The position numbers were made by a program, and so were the translations under genes. Source: a virus. Taken from it: 64,000 nt of DNA. The stretch is taken from IMG/VR virus record IMGVR_UViG_3300045009_000924, positions 1 to 64,000 of that record. One strand, 5' to 3'. The notes beneath the pieces were generated by a model. The model made no database searches. It was not told the origin of the DNA and saw only the letters and a program-made list of their open reading frames with translations. Shown here piece by piece: positions 29,777-40,900 of this stretch; the first letter of the stretch is position 1; each line of letters starts with the position of its first letter.

Positions 29777-31858
29777 ATGGCTTGGAATAGTTCACCGAAT
29801 AATAAATTGTTGGGTCGAGAGCGAATTAAAGCTCTTGGTTATGGCTTGCCAATATCGGCCAATCCCTCTTTTGCAGATAAACCATATAAAGATGGCTGGG
29901 ATATCGAGCGCGCCTACCGCGAGGGCATGTCGAAAATTACGTGGGTCAATAGGTGTATTGATGCCATAGCGGGAAATCAGGCAAGATTGCCAGTGATGTT
30001 GAGGAAAGACAATTCCAAATATGGCGAAAAAGTAAAAGGGAGGGAAGCCGATAGGTCAAAAACACTTGAATTGCTAAATAATAAAGCAAACATCGGTGAA
30101 AACTCTTTCATTTTCAGATACAGACTCTCGGCACAGCTTTTACTTGGCACCAGGGGGGCTTTTATAGAAAAAGTTAGGGGTCGAGACGGTGGGGTAGTCG
30201 CACTAAATTTGCTTCCCCCACAATCAACAGCGCCAATACCACACGTCAAAAATTTTGTGTCCGGATATGAAGTGTTAATGCCGTACGGAGTAAAAAAAAT
30301 ACTAAAACCAGACGACGTGTGTTGGATTAGAAGACCACACCCACTTGACCCATATTTATCCTTAACTCCACTTGAGGCTTCTGGAGTGGCCATAGAAATC
30401 GAAAATTTAGCAAAACTTTATAATAGAAACTACCTCCTCAATGACGGTCGTCCGGGTGGATTGCTGGTTGTTCGTGGCGAAATTGATGACGACGATAAAG
30501 AGGAATTGCGAAGTAGGTTTAGGGGGAATTTGGCGAAAACCGGTCAAACAACGGTAATTTCTTCAGATGAGGGTGTTGATTTTGTTGACACGTCAGCATC
30601 TCCGAGAGATGCCGCCTACATGCAAATGCGACAAATAACCAAAGAGGAAATACTTTCAGCTTTTGGTGTTCCCGAGTCTGTTATTGGAAATGCTGCGGGA
30701 AGAACTTTCTCAAATGCGGCCGAAGAAATAAGAGTGTTTTGGGTTGAAACAATGAGCCCCCATTTAGAAGTTGTTGCGAGAGCGATAGATGAACTGGACG
30801 AAGAATATTATATAGATTTTGATACTTCGGAAGTTCCAATTCTGATGCTCTACAAACAGGAACGAGAACGCTACTTAATGCAAGAACTTCAAGCTGGATT
30901 AATTAGTGTCAATGAATATAGACTTGGTTCGGCAAGAAAAGAAGTTGAATCGGATTTGGCAGATTCATTACTAATGAATCCCAACCTGATACCGATTGCA
31001 AATACAAAAAAGAAAATGGAAGAAAACGCTGCACAAATACCCGGAGCCCAAGGGGCAGCGCCCGGAATGCCCGGAATGCCCGGAATGCCCGGAATGCCTG
31101 GAATGCCCGGAATGCCCGGAGCAGAACAGCAACCCCTAGACCCCAACACAATGCAGGGGGCAATGGCTGGGCTTGCCAACGCCGAGTCACAAATGGCCCA
31201 GGATATGCTGGCCCCAAGCACTCTTCCACCCGAGGCAACCGGAGCGGCACCACAAACTGGCCAAGTTCCACAAGCAATGACGACGGCGTCGGATTCGGGA
31301 ATTCAAACAAAATCAAACGAACAAGAAGAAAATTCACAGTTTGCAATGGAGAGATGGTCTGAAATACTTTCACGTGGAATAGAGAGAATTATCGAAAGAC
31401 AACAAAGAGTTGTTTTGGAAAAAGCAAGCGGAGCCAAATCAAGAAAAGCATTATCCTCCGGAACTCTTGATATCGATTCAATTATTTCAGTTGACACATG
31501 GAACAAGCAGATAGAGGAAGATATAAAACCAGTAATTGTGGCAATAATCAATGACGGCCTTGAAAACAGAAATAATTTTTACGAGAAAAAGGGAATAAAA
31601 ACCAAATCTCTTCAACCAGTTGAAATAATTATGTTTGCCGACAAAAGAATTTCTGAAATTAAAAAATTAAACAAAGACGTTCATGCGGAAATTTCCTCTT
31701 TAATGATTAAATCATTTTCAATGAAAGACGAAGAAGAAAGATTTATTCAATTTAGACAAGGAATAATTGAAATGTATGCAAATGTTTTTGCAAAAGAACA
31801 AGTTGCTGTTGCTGAATCAGAAACAATCCTCGCTTGGAATTTTGGTCAACAAATTTAG
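29777..31858 (+). CDS. HK97-family portal protein with PGM linker and helical C-terminal extension
   Basis: WVNRCIDAIA, LLLG..GAF, NDGRPGGLL, I.SAFGVP and ISVNEYR portal motifs. Confidence 0.92.
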   Translation: MAWNSSPNNKLLGRERIKALGYGLPISANPSFADKPYKDGWDIERAYREGMSKITWVNRCIDAIAGNQARLPVMLRKDNSKYGEKVKGREADRSKTLELLNNKANIGENSFIFRYRLSAQLLLGTRGAFIEKVRGRDGGVVALNLLPPQSTAPIPHVKNFVSGYEVLMPYGVKKILKPDDVCWIRRPHPLDPYLSLTPLEASGVAIEIENLAKLYNRNYLLNDGRPGGLLVVRGEIDDDDKEELRSRFRGNLAKTGQTTVISSDEGVDFVDTSASPRDAAYMQMRQITKEEILSAFGVPESVIGNAAGRTFSNAAEEIRVFWVETMSPHLEVVARAIDELDEEYYIDFDTSEVPILMLYKQERERYLMQELQAGLISVNEYRLGSARKEVESDLADSLLMNPNLIPIANTKKKMEENAAQIPGAQGAAPGMPGMPGMPGMPGMPGMPGAEQQPLDPNTMQGAMAGLANAESQMAQDMLAPSTLPPEATGAAPQTGQVPQAMTTASDSGIQTKSNEQEENSQFAMERWSEILSRGIERIIERQQRVVLEKASGAKSRKALSSGTLDIDSIISVDTWNKQIEEDIKPVIVAIINDGLENRNNFYEKKGIKTKSLQPVEIIMFADKRISEIKKLNKDVHAEISSLMIKSFSMKDEEERFIQFRQGIIEMYANVFAKEQVAVAESETILAWNFGQQI
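31061..31119 (+). repeat. 9-bp tandem repeat (cccggaatg, about 6.5 copies) encoding PGM
   Basis: Directly visible. Confidence 0.95.
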
Positions 31859-31897
31859 AAATTATTTTCTTTATACGAGACATCAAAAATTCAAAAC

Positions 31898-31929
31898 TTG
31901 CAATGGGGCAGAAATACTTGCCGTATTAT
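31898..31929 (+). promoter_or_regulatory. Putative promoter TTGCAA-N20-TATTAT
   Basis: Same architecture as the elements upstream of sheath and chaperone genes. Confidence 0.4.
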
Positions 31930-31956
31930 AAATAAACAAAATAGAAAGAATTATTG

Positions 31957-34900
31957 ATGCAGGAAAAATTTCAGTACAAATCTAGCCATATTGCTACGTT
32001 GGGGCCAAAGTCAAGCTCGCTCAATCTGGATGAGGCTCAGGGAATAGTTGAATGTTTTGTTGCTGGAATAGGCAACAAAGACAGCGTCGGCGACATTGTC
32101 GCGGCTGGTGCCTTCACAAAGAGCTTGCAGCGCAGAAAACCAAGAGTTGTCTGGGGACACAATTGGAATGACCCAATCGGCAAGGTTTTGGAAATATATG
32201 AAGTTCAATCTTCTGACCCACGTCTGCCAATGAAGATGAAAGTTGCTGGAATAGGTGGTCTCTTTGCAAAAGTTCAATTTAATCTTAACTCAGAAAAAGG
32301 AAGAGAAGCTTTTGCGAACGTTGCATTTTTTGGAGAAGAACAAGAATGGTCAATCGGTTATAAAACACTGAGAGCGCAGTTTGACCAGAAATCGCAGGCA
32401 AATGTAATTTTTGAACTTGAACTTTATGAAGTTTCACCAGTTCTTCATGGAGCAAATCAACTTACCGGAACTATTTCTGTAAAGAACGACATGCTCGCAG
32501 AGCAGCAAACAACCCCGGCAGGTATTTCGGTTGTGCTACCAGGCGAACAGTCGATTGATAGAGAAGAAATACAAAAGCAACTCTGCAATATGTATGGTTC
32601 AAAAATACATGTTGTTGATGCAGATGCGGAAACGGTTACTTTCGTTAAACCAGGAGAAAAGGGGGGATATGAAAAATATAAATGTCACTGGATTAGGAAC
32701 GGTGGAACATTTATGTTTGGAAATCCACAAAGAGTTTTTACGCCACAAGAGCTTCCCCAGCAGCCACAGGTTGTCATTTCCCCGCCATCACCCCACATTC
32801 ACCCAGCGCAGCCGCAAAGAATTGTCAGACCACAGCAAATGCCGGCAATACCGGTTGCAATAAAACCAAATCCAATCGGACCGGGAACAGTGATGGTTCC
32901 ACTTCCAAAAATTGAATATGAAGGCGACTCGCCCCAAATAGATAAAAATAATCTGGACAAAGAGGAAGCGGAATTGCGCGACGCGTTGTTAAAAATTGTA
33001 AAACGACATGGAAAATTCAATGAAGATGGAACTGGTGTTTGGGCTGGGTATTATCCTCCAGAAAAAAATCCAGTTGCGGGAATCGGCGTAAAATGCGCAA
33101 ATTGTGTTCTTTACAATGGTGGTTCATCTTGCAAAATAATTTCTCTCCCTGTTCACCCAGAGGGCAAATGTAGATTTGCGGTAATACCGAATGGCGTCGT
33201 AAAAGGCTATGAATCTGATAAAAAAGCAGCCGAAAAATTTGAGGACGATGAACGGGAAGACTACCTAATTGAAATGGAAGCAAAATATCCAGGTGAACTT
33301 CTTTTGGCTGGCTTACGTGGTGCTGTCGGTAGGTTGAGAAAAAAGAAAAGAAAGAAAAAATATAAAGACTTAGCAGAATTCAACGAAGACGAAATAGACG
33401 AAAAGGGTTATTGTATTGGAATTGACCCAGAAGATGCATTCGCGGTCAAACAAATCCTTGACCCAATCTTTGATTACTACAAAGCTGAAACATTTGTAGA
33501 TGTTGATGGAATAGTAATTCAGTCTGGCATTAGTTACGATTTGATAGAAGCTGTAGATAACGCGCTCGAAAACAACGAGATAAAAAAAAAATTATTAGTT
33601 GAGTCTGGCGTTCAGGTAAAAAACCTCGGAAGAAGAATTGCTTCTTACGGTGCCGCTCGTTTAATAGATAGACCCAATCTTGGTGGTCGTTCTCGCAGGG
33701 GTGGCAAGCGCGGATTTGGCGTTCCGGAGGGCGACCTCAACCCAGATACACGCGTAGACAAAAATAGAAACGGTTTGCTATTCGATGGATTTCCGGGGTG
33801 GGAGCAACCAGACCCAACTCCATACGGACCCGGCTCAATGTACAACACAGACGTCACACCAGAACAACGAATAGACAGCGGGAAAATTGGGACAGAGGGA
33901 AAGCCAATTGGGGGAGATGGTGCAGTAACGGACCTGGTTAAGCGCCCAGAGGACAAGCCCCAGTTGCGGAGCGGTCCAGCGCGCCCCACCGATGAAAACT
34001 TTGTTCAGCCGCTTGATGAAAAACCCAAGCCGCAAAAACCAAAATCAAATGAACAAAGAAGAATTAAATCTGGAAGAAATCTGGCACGACATGGACTCGG
34101 CAGGGAACATGAACAAAAATTTGGTGTCAGCAGAGATGAAAAACAAAGAAGAGAAGATTTTGACAAAATAGTTCAAAATTGGATTGATTCAGGGTTCAAT
34201 TGGGAACAATCACCAAGAAGTTCATCTGACAAAAAAGTTTCAGAAAATTATCTTCGTGGTAAAGAAATGGGGAGAAATCAAGCTCGAGTTGCATGGAGGG
34301 GAACTAATAGGGGGAGCGGAAAGCGACCGGAAGGTTTCAATGAAAAAAATAAATCGAGCAAAGAGTATGCAGACTGGTTTTTTATGTATGCCGGTCACCT
34401 TGGAAATTTTGCACGAGCTCTAGATTCGAAAAAAATAAAAAACAGAGAAGAATATGATAAGGGAATAAAAAAGGGAATATCTGAACATTTTGCAGACAAG
34501 CTTCCAGATACTTCAAGTTGGGATATTGATAAAACAAAAAAATACAACAACTGGCTAAATGAATTCGGATATGAAACAAATGTTTCCGACGGAAGGCTTT
34601 CCTCCGGTGATTTGCGCGAACGAACCGCCAGGGGGGGACAAACAAAAATTGAAGGATTGGATGGGGGTTTTGACCCCGACAATCCATTTGGCGACGAAAA
34701 TATGCCATACGACTTGGGCTTTGATGTATACGACAAAATAATTGAAGAATTCCTGGGAGAGGAAACTCCGAAGAAATTTAGGCCAAAACAAGACGAACCG
34801 CAAGCCTGGAGTGATGAGGAAATATATCGAAGAAGAATGAGCGGTGCAACCCTACAGGAGGTTGCCGATATTCTCGGCTGGAGTCGCCAGGAAGTTAGAC

Positions 34901-37900
34901 AAGCAGAACAAAGACACATGTACTTCTTGCGAAGCGGCAAAAAAATCGAAAGACCAAAAAGACTTAATAAATTGAGAAAACGAAGAAAAGAAAATAAGGA
35001 AAAAGTAAAAGCATTAAAAGAAAAACAAAAAGCGGAAAAAGAAAAAGAAAAAACAGAAAGAATCGCCAAAGAAAAAGAAGAAGCAGAAAGAATCGCTCAA
35101 GAAAAATTAGACAGAGAAGAAAATCGCGGACGCCTTTCCTCTGGTGGAAATGAAAAATTAGATAACGCAGGGCCGGTTGGTCACGTACTCAGCCAGGTTT
35201 CCCCTCGGAGAGCAGAAAGACTTTCTTCTGGGGCCAATCTAAATGAAGCTGAATTGGAAAAATATTATGACAACATGAAGTTTCAAATTCTTTCTTCAAT
35301 ACAGGAAGCATTAAAAAATCCGGATTTGAAATTTGATAGACCATGGGCGCGCACTGACAATTATGCAAGAAACCCAACAAACAAAAGACGAAACGTAGCG
35401 GGAAGGGCATACGAGGGCAGCGGACAGTTAATTTTGTCCATGAAAGGTTTCACGCAAAAATACCCAGTGGCAAAATGGGCTGGGGCAAAGCAGTGGAAAG
35501 AAATTGGCGGGAGAATCAGAAAAGGCGAAGCACCAACATGGATTCTTGCCCCAACAATAAAAAACGGGAGAAGAACTGGCGAGTTCCACATGACGGCGGT
35601 GTACAACATTGCCCAAGTGGAAGGATTGCCACAGGCAATGTACAAGGCAATGCCAGATGTGATTTCAGAAGAACAAAGAGTACAAAACGTTCAAAATATA
35701 ATTAACGAAATCGGGCCAGTTGTTGAAGAAGGAAATTTCGGAGGTGCATTCTTCAATAACACAAGAGATACCATATTCATGCCTAAATTCGGACAATTTG
35801 ATAGCGCTGTTGATTATTACGCCACTTTGATGCACGAGATAACACACTGGACCGGCCACGAATCAAGACTTAGACGGAAAAAGGGGAAAATGACAGCTCC
35901 GGAGTTTTCCGACGAATTCAGGCAGTATGCGTTTGAGGAATTAATTGCTGAAATCGGCTCTTCTTTGATAATGGGAATGCTCGGAATAACGCACAAATTC
36001 AGACAAGACCATGGAACATATCTAAAAGAATGGGCAAGCCAATTGAGCACGGACCCAACCGCAATTAGGAGAGCAATGGTTGAAGCACAAAAAGCTGTTA
36101 ACTATGTCCTAAATCGCTCCGCGACGCTCAGAAGACTTGGTGGTTTTGAACCCGACGAAAGAAGAAGCGAAGGTGACCTCAAGTATGAAATTCCACTTAT
36201 TGAGGGAATGGTTGATTCTCCTTCGGTGCCCAGGGGTGGGGTTATTCGCGGAACATTTGAACAAATAGATGATGACGATTCAAGACTTTCATCCGGGAAA
36301 ATAGAAGATTTTGCAACTCGACCACACAAAGCTGGAAAAACGCACAAGATAGGAACAAGAGGCTGGAGCGCAATAGATAGACAAAACGGCGATAGAGAGG
36401 TTTATCACTATTCGACAATGATGGGAATCATACGAGGCAATGAATACTTTGAAATTTCAAAGGGCTGGGACTCCACATCAGACAAACAGGGAATAAATAA
36501 AATACTCAAAGCTCTGGGGCAAAAGGAACCAAGAAGAGCAGCAGAACTAGAAATTACAAACAGGCTCAACTCTGGCAAGATAGAAGATTTTGCAAACAGA
36601 CCACACGTCCCCAGCAGGCGAATAAAAGCAGGTAGCGGTGGGGCCTGGAGCTCTTTTGATTTGGCAAATGGTGATAGGGAAATTTACCACTACTCAACAA
36701 AAATGGGTTTTATACGAAACGGAGCATTTTACCAAGAATCCGATGGGTGGGGTTCTGTTTCCGACAAACAGGGAATAAATAAAATACTTAGAGCTTTGGG
36801 GCAAAAAAATGCCATAAGAGTTCAACAAATTGCAAACCTAAATACAGACGATGATGACAGATTTGTATCTTTGCCGAAAAAAGATGAAAATGGAAAAGTA
36901 ATAGACGCAACTGGGAGACTTTCGAGCGGCGGGGGAATCATAAACTCCGTAAAAAACCCCAAAGATAAAGACAAACAAATCAAAAGAACAGAAGACGTTT
37001 CATTTCAACTTGCTCACCAGCTTCCAAATGAGCCCACCCAGCAGCAAAAAGATATTATCGAAACTGCAATGATGGCCATAACCGGAAAATTGCGACCATA
37101 TAAAAATAAACAGGGAAGAATGGTGTACCCGGTCATATCCGTCCAAGCCGCAGCGGGAACGGGAAAAACAACAACACTCAAATGGCTTGCTAGAACATTA
37201 GACGATTTGTTTAATTTGGAAATTGGAAACGAAGCAGAAAGAAAAGAAAAATTAAGTTTTCTATCGCAAAGATTTGATGTTGATTTTTCGAAAATGACCG
37301 ATGAGCAAATAAAAAAGACAGTCGAAAGCTTAAAGGATAAGTATGGTTCTAAATCACTTTATTACGCCGTATTCAACGTAAAAAACCAAGAAGAGGCCGA
37401 AGCTGTTTTTCCACAAAATACCGGCGTAGCTACGCTCGACAAATTGGCACGATGGGGCGTGATGATGGGTGCTGCAAACGAAAAGTTTGGAGACCATATT
37501 GCAAGAAAGCTTACGGCAGCTGGGGCGAGAGTCGACAGGGCGAGAGATTTTGATGACCAAGGAAAACCGATAGGCGGCGCTGTAACCACACTCAAAAACG
37601 ATGGAACACCATATCAATTCACTTATGTCGACTACGCAACTGGCGAAAGAAAACAAACAGGGCCACACCCAACAGCAAAATTGCCAGACGGTTCACCCGC
37701 TGGGCAAAAGCCAACACTTGAACACACGGGATTAATAACTCTAGAAACAACAGATGATTTCCTGCGATTTCTAAAATTACAACCAGATTCAAGAAATCTT
37801 CCGGGTTCCGACAGATTGCCAGACCTGGATGGAATGACACTCGCCGAAATAATTAGGCATGCAGTAGAAAGATGGACACTAAGCACAGATGAAAAATTGT

Positions 37901-40900
37901 CAGCAAAGCATTTTTCTTATGATGAAGAAGACATTCTATCAAGGCAATCTGGCTATAACCAACGAGTTGCAACGGGACAGGCAACATTAGATGTTGGATA
38001 TGAACAAAAACTTGATGAGGTGGGTGACCCGGTTTTCGATGACGAGGGCAAACCAGTAATGGTGAGAGCGAAGGAAGCTATCGGGAGCACAGATTTCAAC
38101 CCGCGTTTTTGGGTACGCGTACAGGAGGACCCAGAAGCAAATATTCCTGAAGAATGGCTAAAAATGGGCCAAAAAGTTGTCGAGAATATATTGCAAGAGT
38201 TTTATGTAGACGAAAAAGGTAAAAAACAAAAAACACTTGTTCTTCCGAGCCAGGGGCAAATCGCAAAAATATTTGCTCTTTCAAACCCGGACCTTTCAGA
38301 AGCAAAATACATGGTCGGTCACGCAAAAGGTGTAACAAGGCGTGATGCAGTTCGCACAAGTGCTAAAGTCGGGGACGTAGTAGACAAAGACGGCAATGTT
38401 ATAAAAGATGTTAGAAAACTTCCTCCAGACTTTCCGTTGTGGATTGTTACTGCAATAGATGGTGCTGGTGCTATTGAAAAACCCAAAAAAGGAGGTAAAA
38501 CTCCAAGCGTTGAATCGTCCAAAAGAACTGCAACCATCAGAAGAGTATTTGCCGACCCATTAAGAAAATTGAATGCTTTATTTATTGATGAAGCACAAGA
38601 CCTTAACCCAACATTCATGTCAGTTCTTGAAAACAACAGAGATAAATTCCCAATAATTCTCGTTGGCGACGAAAGACAGTCCGTTTACAATTTCAGAAAT
38701 GCAGTAAATGCAATGGAGTTAATGGACCCAGATTATATTTTGCCGCTCAATGAATCATTTAGATTTGGTAATAGGCTAGCTCATCAAGCAAATATACTTC
38801 AAGCATATTTGAATCTTGACGATGAAGAACTTGCGGCGACAAGGGGCGAACTACCACCGCGAAGACAATGGGTGACGGGTCATCATCACATGCTTGTTGC
38901 GAAACAATTTGATGACGCAATAGAATTGCTTAAAAAATCAGATTCATTAGACAAAAGAGACAAAACAACGCTATTGAGAATTTTGAGCGCACTGGACAAA
39001 GAATTCAAATTGTCTCAAGAATTCACAGAAAAAACAAAATCACCAGAGTATGTTCTCATTACCGATGAGGGTATTTCAGCAAAAGACAAAATTAAATTTC
39101 TCGAAAAAAGAAAAGCTAGTGCCGTAGAAGAATCGGAAGGAAGAATACACAATCGATTTGCCTATGTGCTGGATGAAAATGGGCAAAGAATACCGGAACT
39201 CGACAGTGATGGCCAACCACAACGAGATAAAGACCACAATATTGTGTACAGAAGAGTTGGCCCACTACTTCCTAAAATTGGAGAAACTTTTGCATTTCTT
39301 GCTGGCACAAATGAGGAATTAATACAAAAAGCATTTGAGTACGCCCAACTTTTGAACAACGAAGTCCAGATGGAAACACTTGCATGGATTATTAGAAATC
39401 CCGGCAAGACTCCACCACCAGGGCTTGTTCCTCAAATAACTATCGCTCCCAAAAAATTCGACGATATTCTTACGTTTCTTAAGCACTACGCCTGGGTTTT
39501 GGATAGCGCAAAGGGACGTGCAGGAAAAAAACCGCCCAAATCTCCATTTATAGGAAACCTGTGGACTAGAGAACAAATTAAAAGAGAAGCTTTAAGGCCG
39601 GGCAAAACACAGCTTAGAACAATGTGGAGAATACTTCACCCCCGCAACGGCCAACCAATGCACCCACGAAGACTTATACACCTAATGGAGGGAGGAATGC
39701 GAAGAACTGGTGTTTTGGGACCAGACGGCCGAGAGACACTTGTGTTCGAACCAGCAGTCATTCTCCCTGAACGCAAGGTACTAAAAATTGAAACACAATT
39801 TCATTTTCTTCATGCAAAAAAAGAAAAAGGCGAATTAAGCATCGAAGAATTGAAAAATCAACCAACAACAAAATTAAGCAACAGAGCAGACGTAACCGAC
39901 ACCTCTCTTAATAAAGTGACCGTGTTGGCTGGCAAAGGCAAAGGCGACTCTGCGCAACAGTCGGATATTCACTGGCATCTTGAAATGGAACAACAAGATA
40001 GCAGTGGTAAATGGAAAGTAATTGACGGAACATGGGACCACAACTCCAAAAAACCAGGACGATGGACTGGGCGAGTCATACTAACTGGACAGGGACTCAG
40101 TGGCTCAAAGTTAAGGGGAGGCGGACAAGGTAAACGAAGACCAGCTGGGTATTATCAAGAAGATGTAAAAAGAATAACCACAAGAGACCCCAGATTCAAA
40201 AAATATTTTGTTTATGAAGAAAGCATGGGAGTGATTAGGCGTGCCGCCGCTGCAGGGCAGGGTGAAACAACTTCACGAAACGACCAATATGCGATAGACA
40301 TAAAAGACGTTGATGGAAGCGAAGAAAGACTGTCAGAAATAATACGGGAAGTTTCACAGGAAATACTCAAAGCGGCAAACACAAATGGGGCAGATGCAAC
40401 GATAACGACAGCGCAACTATTTAAAGGACTCGAAGCACATACCATCGTGATAGGTGAGGCTTTCCAAAATGCATTTGACGAAGAAAGAGAAGCGTTTAAA
40501 AGAGTCGGTAAAAAATCACCACAAATGAGAGAAATGTTGAATACTGTATATGTCGCTTTAACTAGAGCAGAAAAACAAATTGACATTGGCGAAAGAATCG
40601 CCAAACTTTATTTTAATAGAGATAGCAGGCGGCGAGCCATAGACCACATAAATGACGAAATTGCAAAACTTAGAAAATCTGGAAAGCCAGAAGATTTGAC
40701 ACTTGCAGATGCTCTCGAAATTCCCCAAAATCATTTTTACGGCATTGATGACGACGACCCGAGAAGACCAGGACTACCAACCCCCACCTCACGGTCGGAT
40801 GATGACGATACACGGGTGAATGAGGAGGCAGATAATGCCGAAATAGAAGTAGATAATGCCGAACTAGAAGAGGATGAAAACATAGTTCCCAACAAAGATA

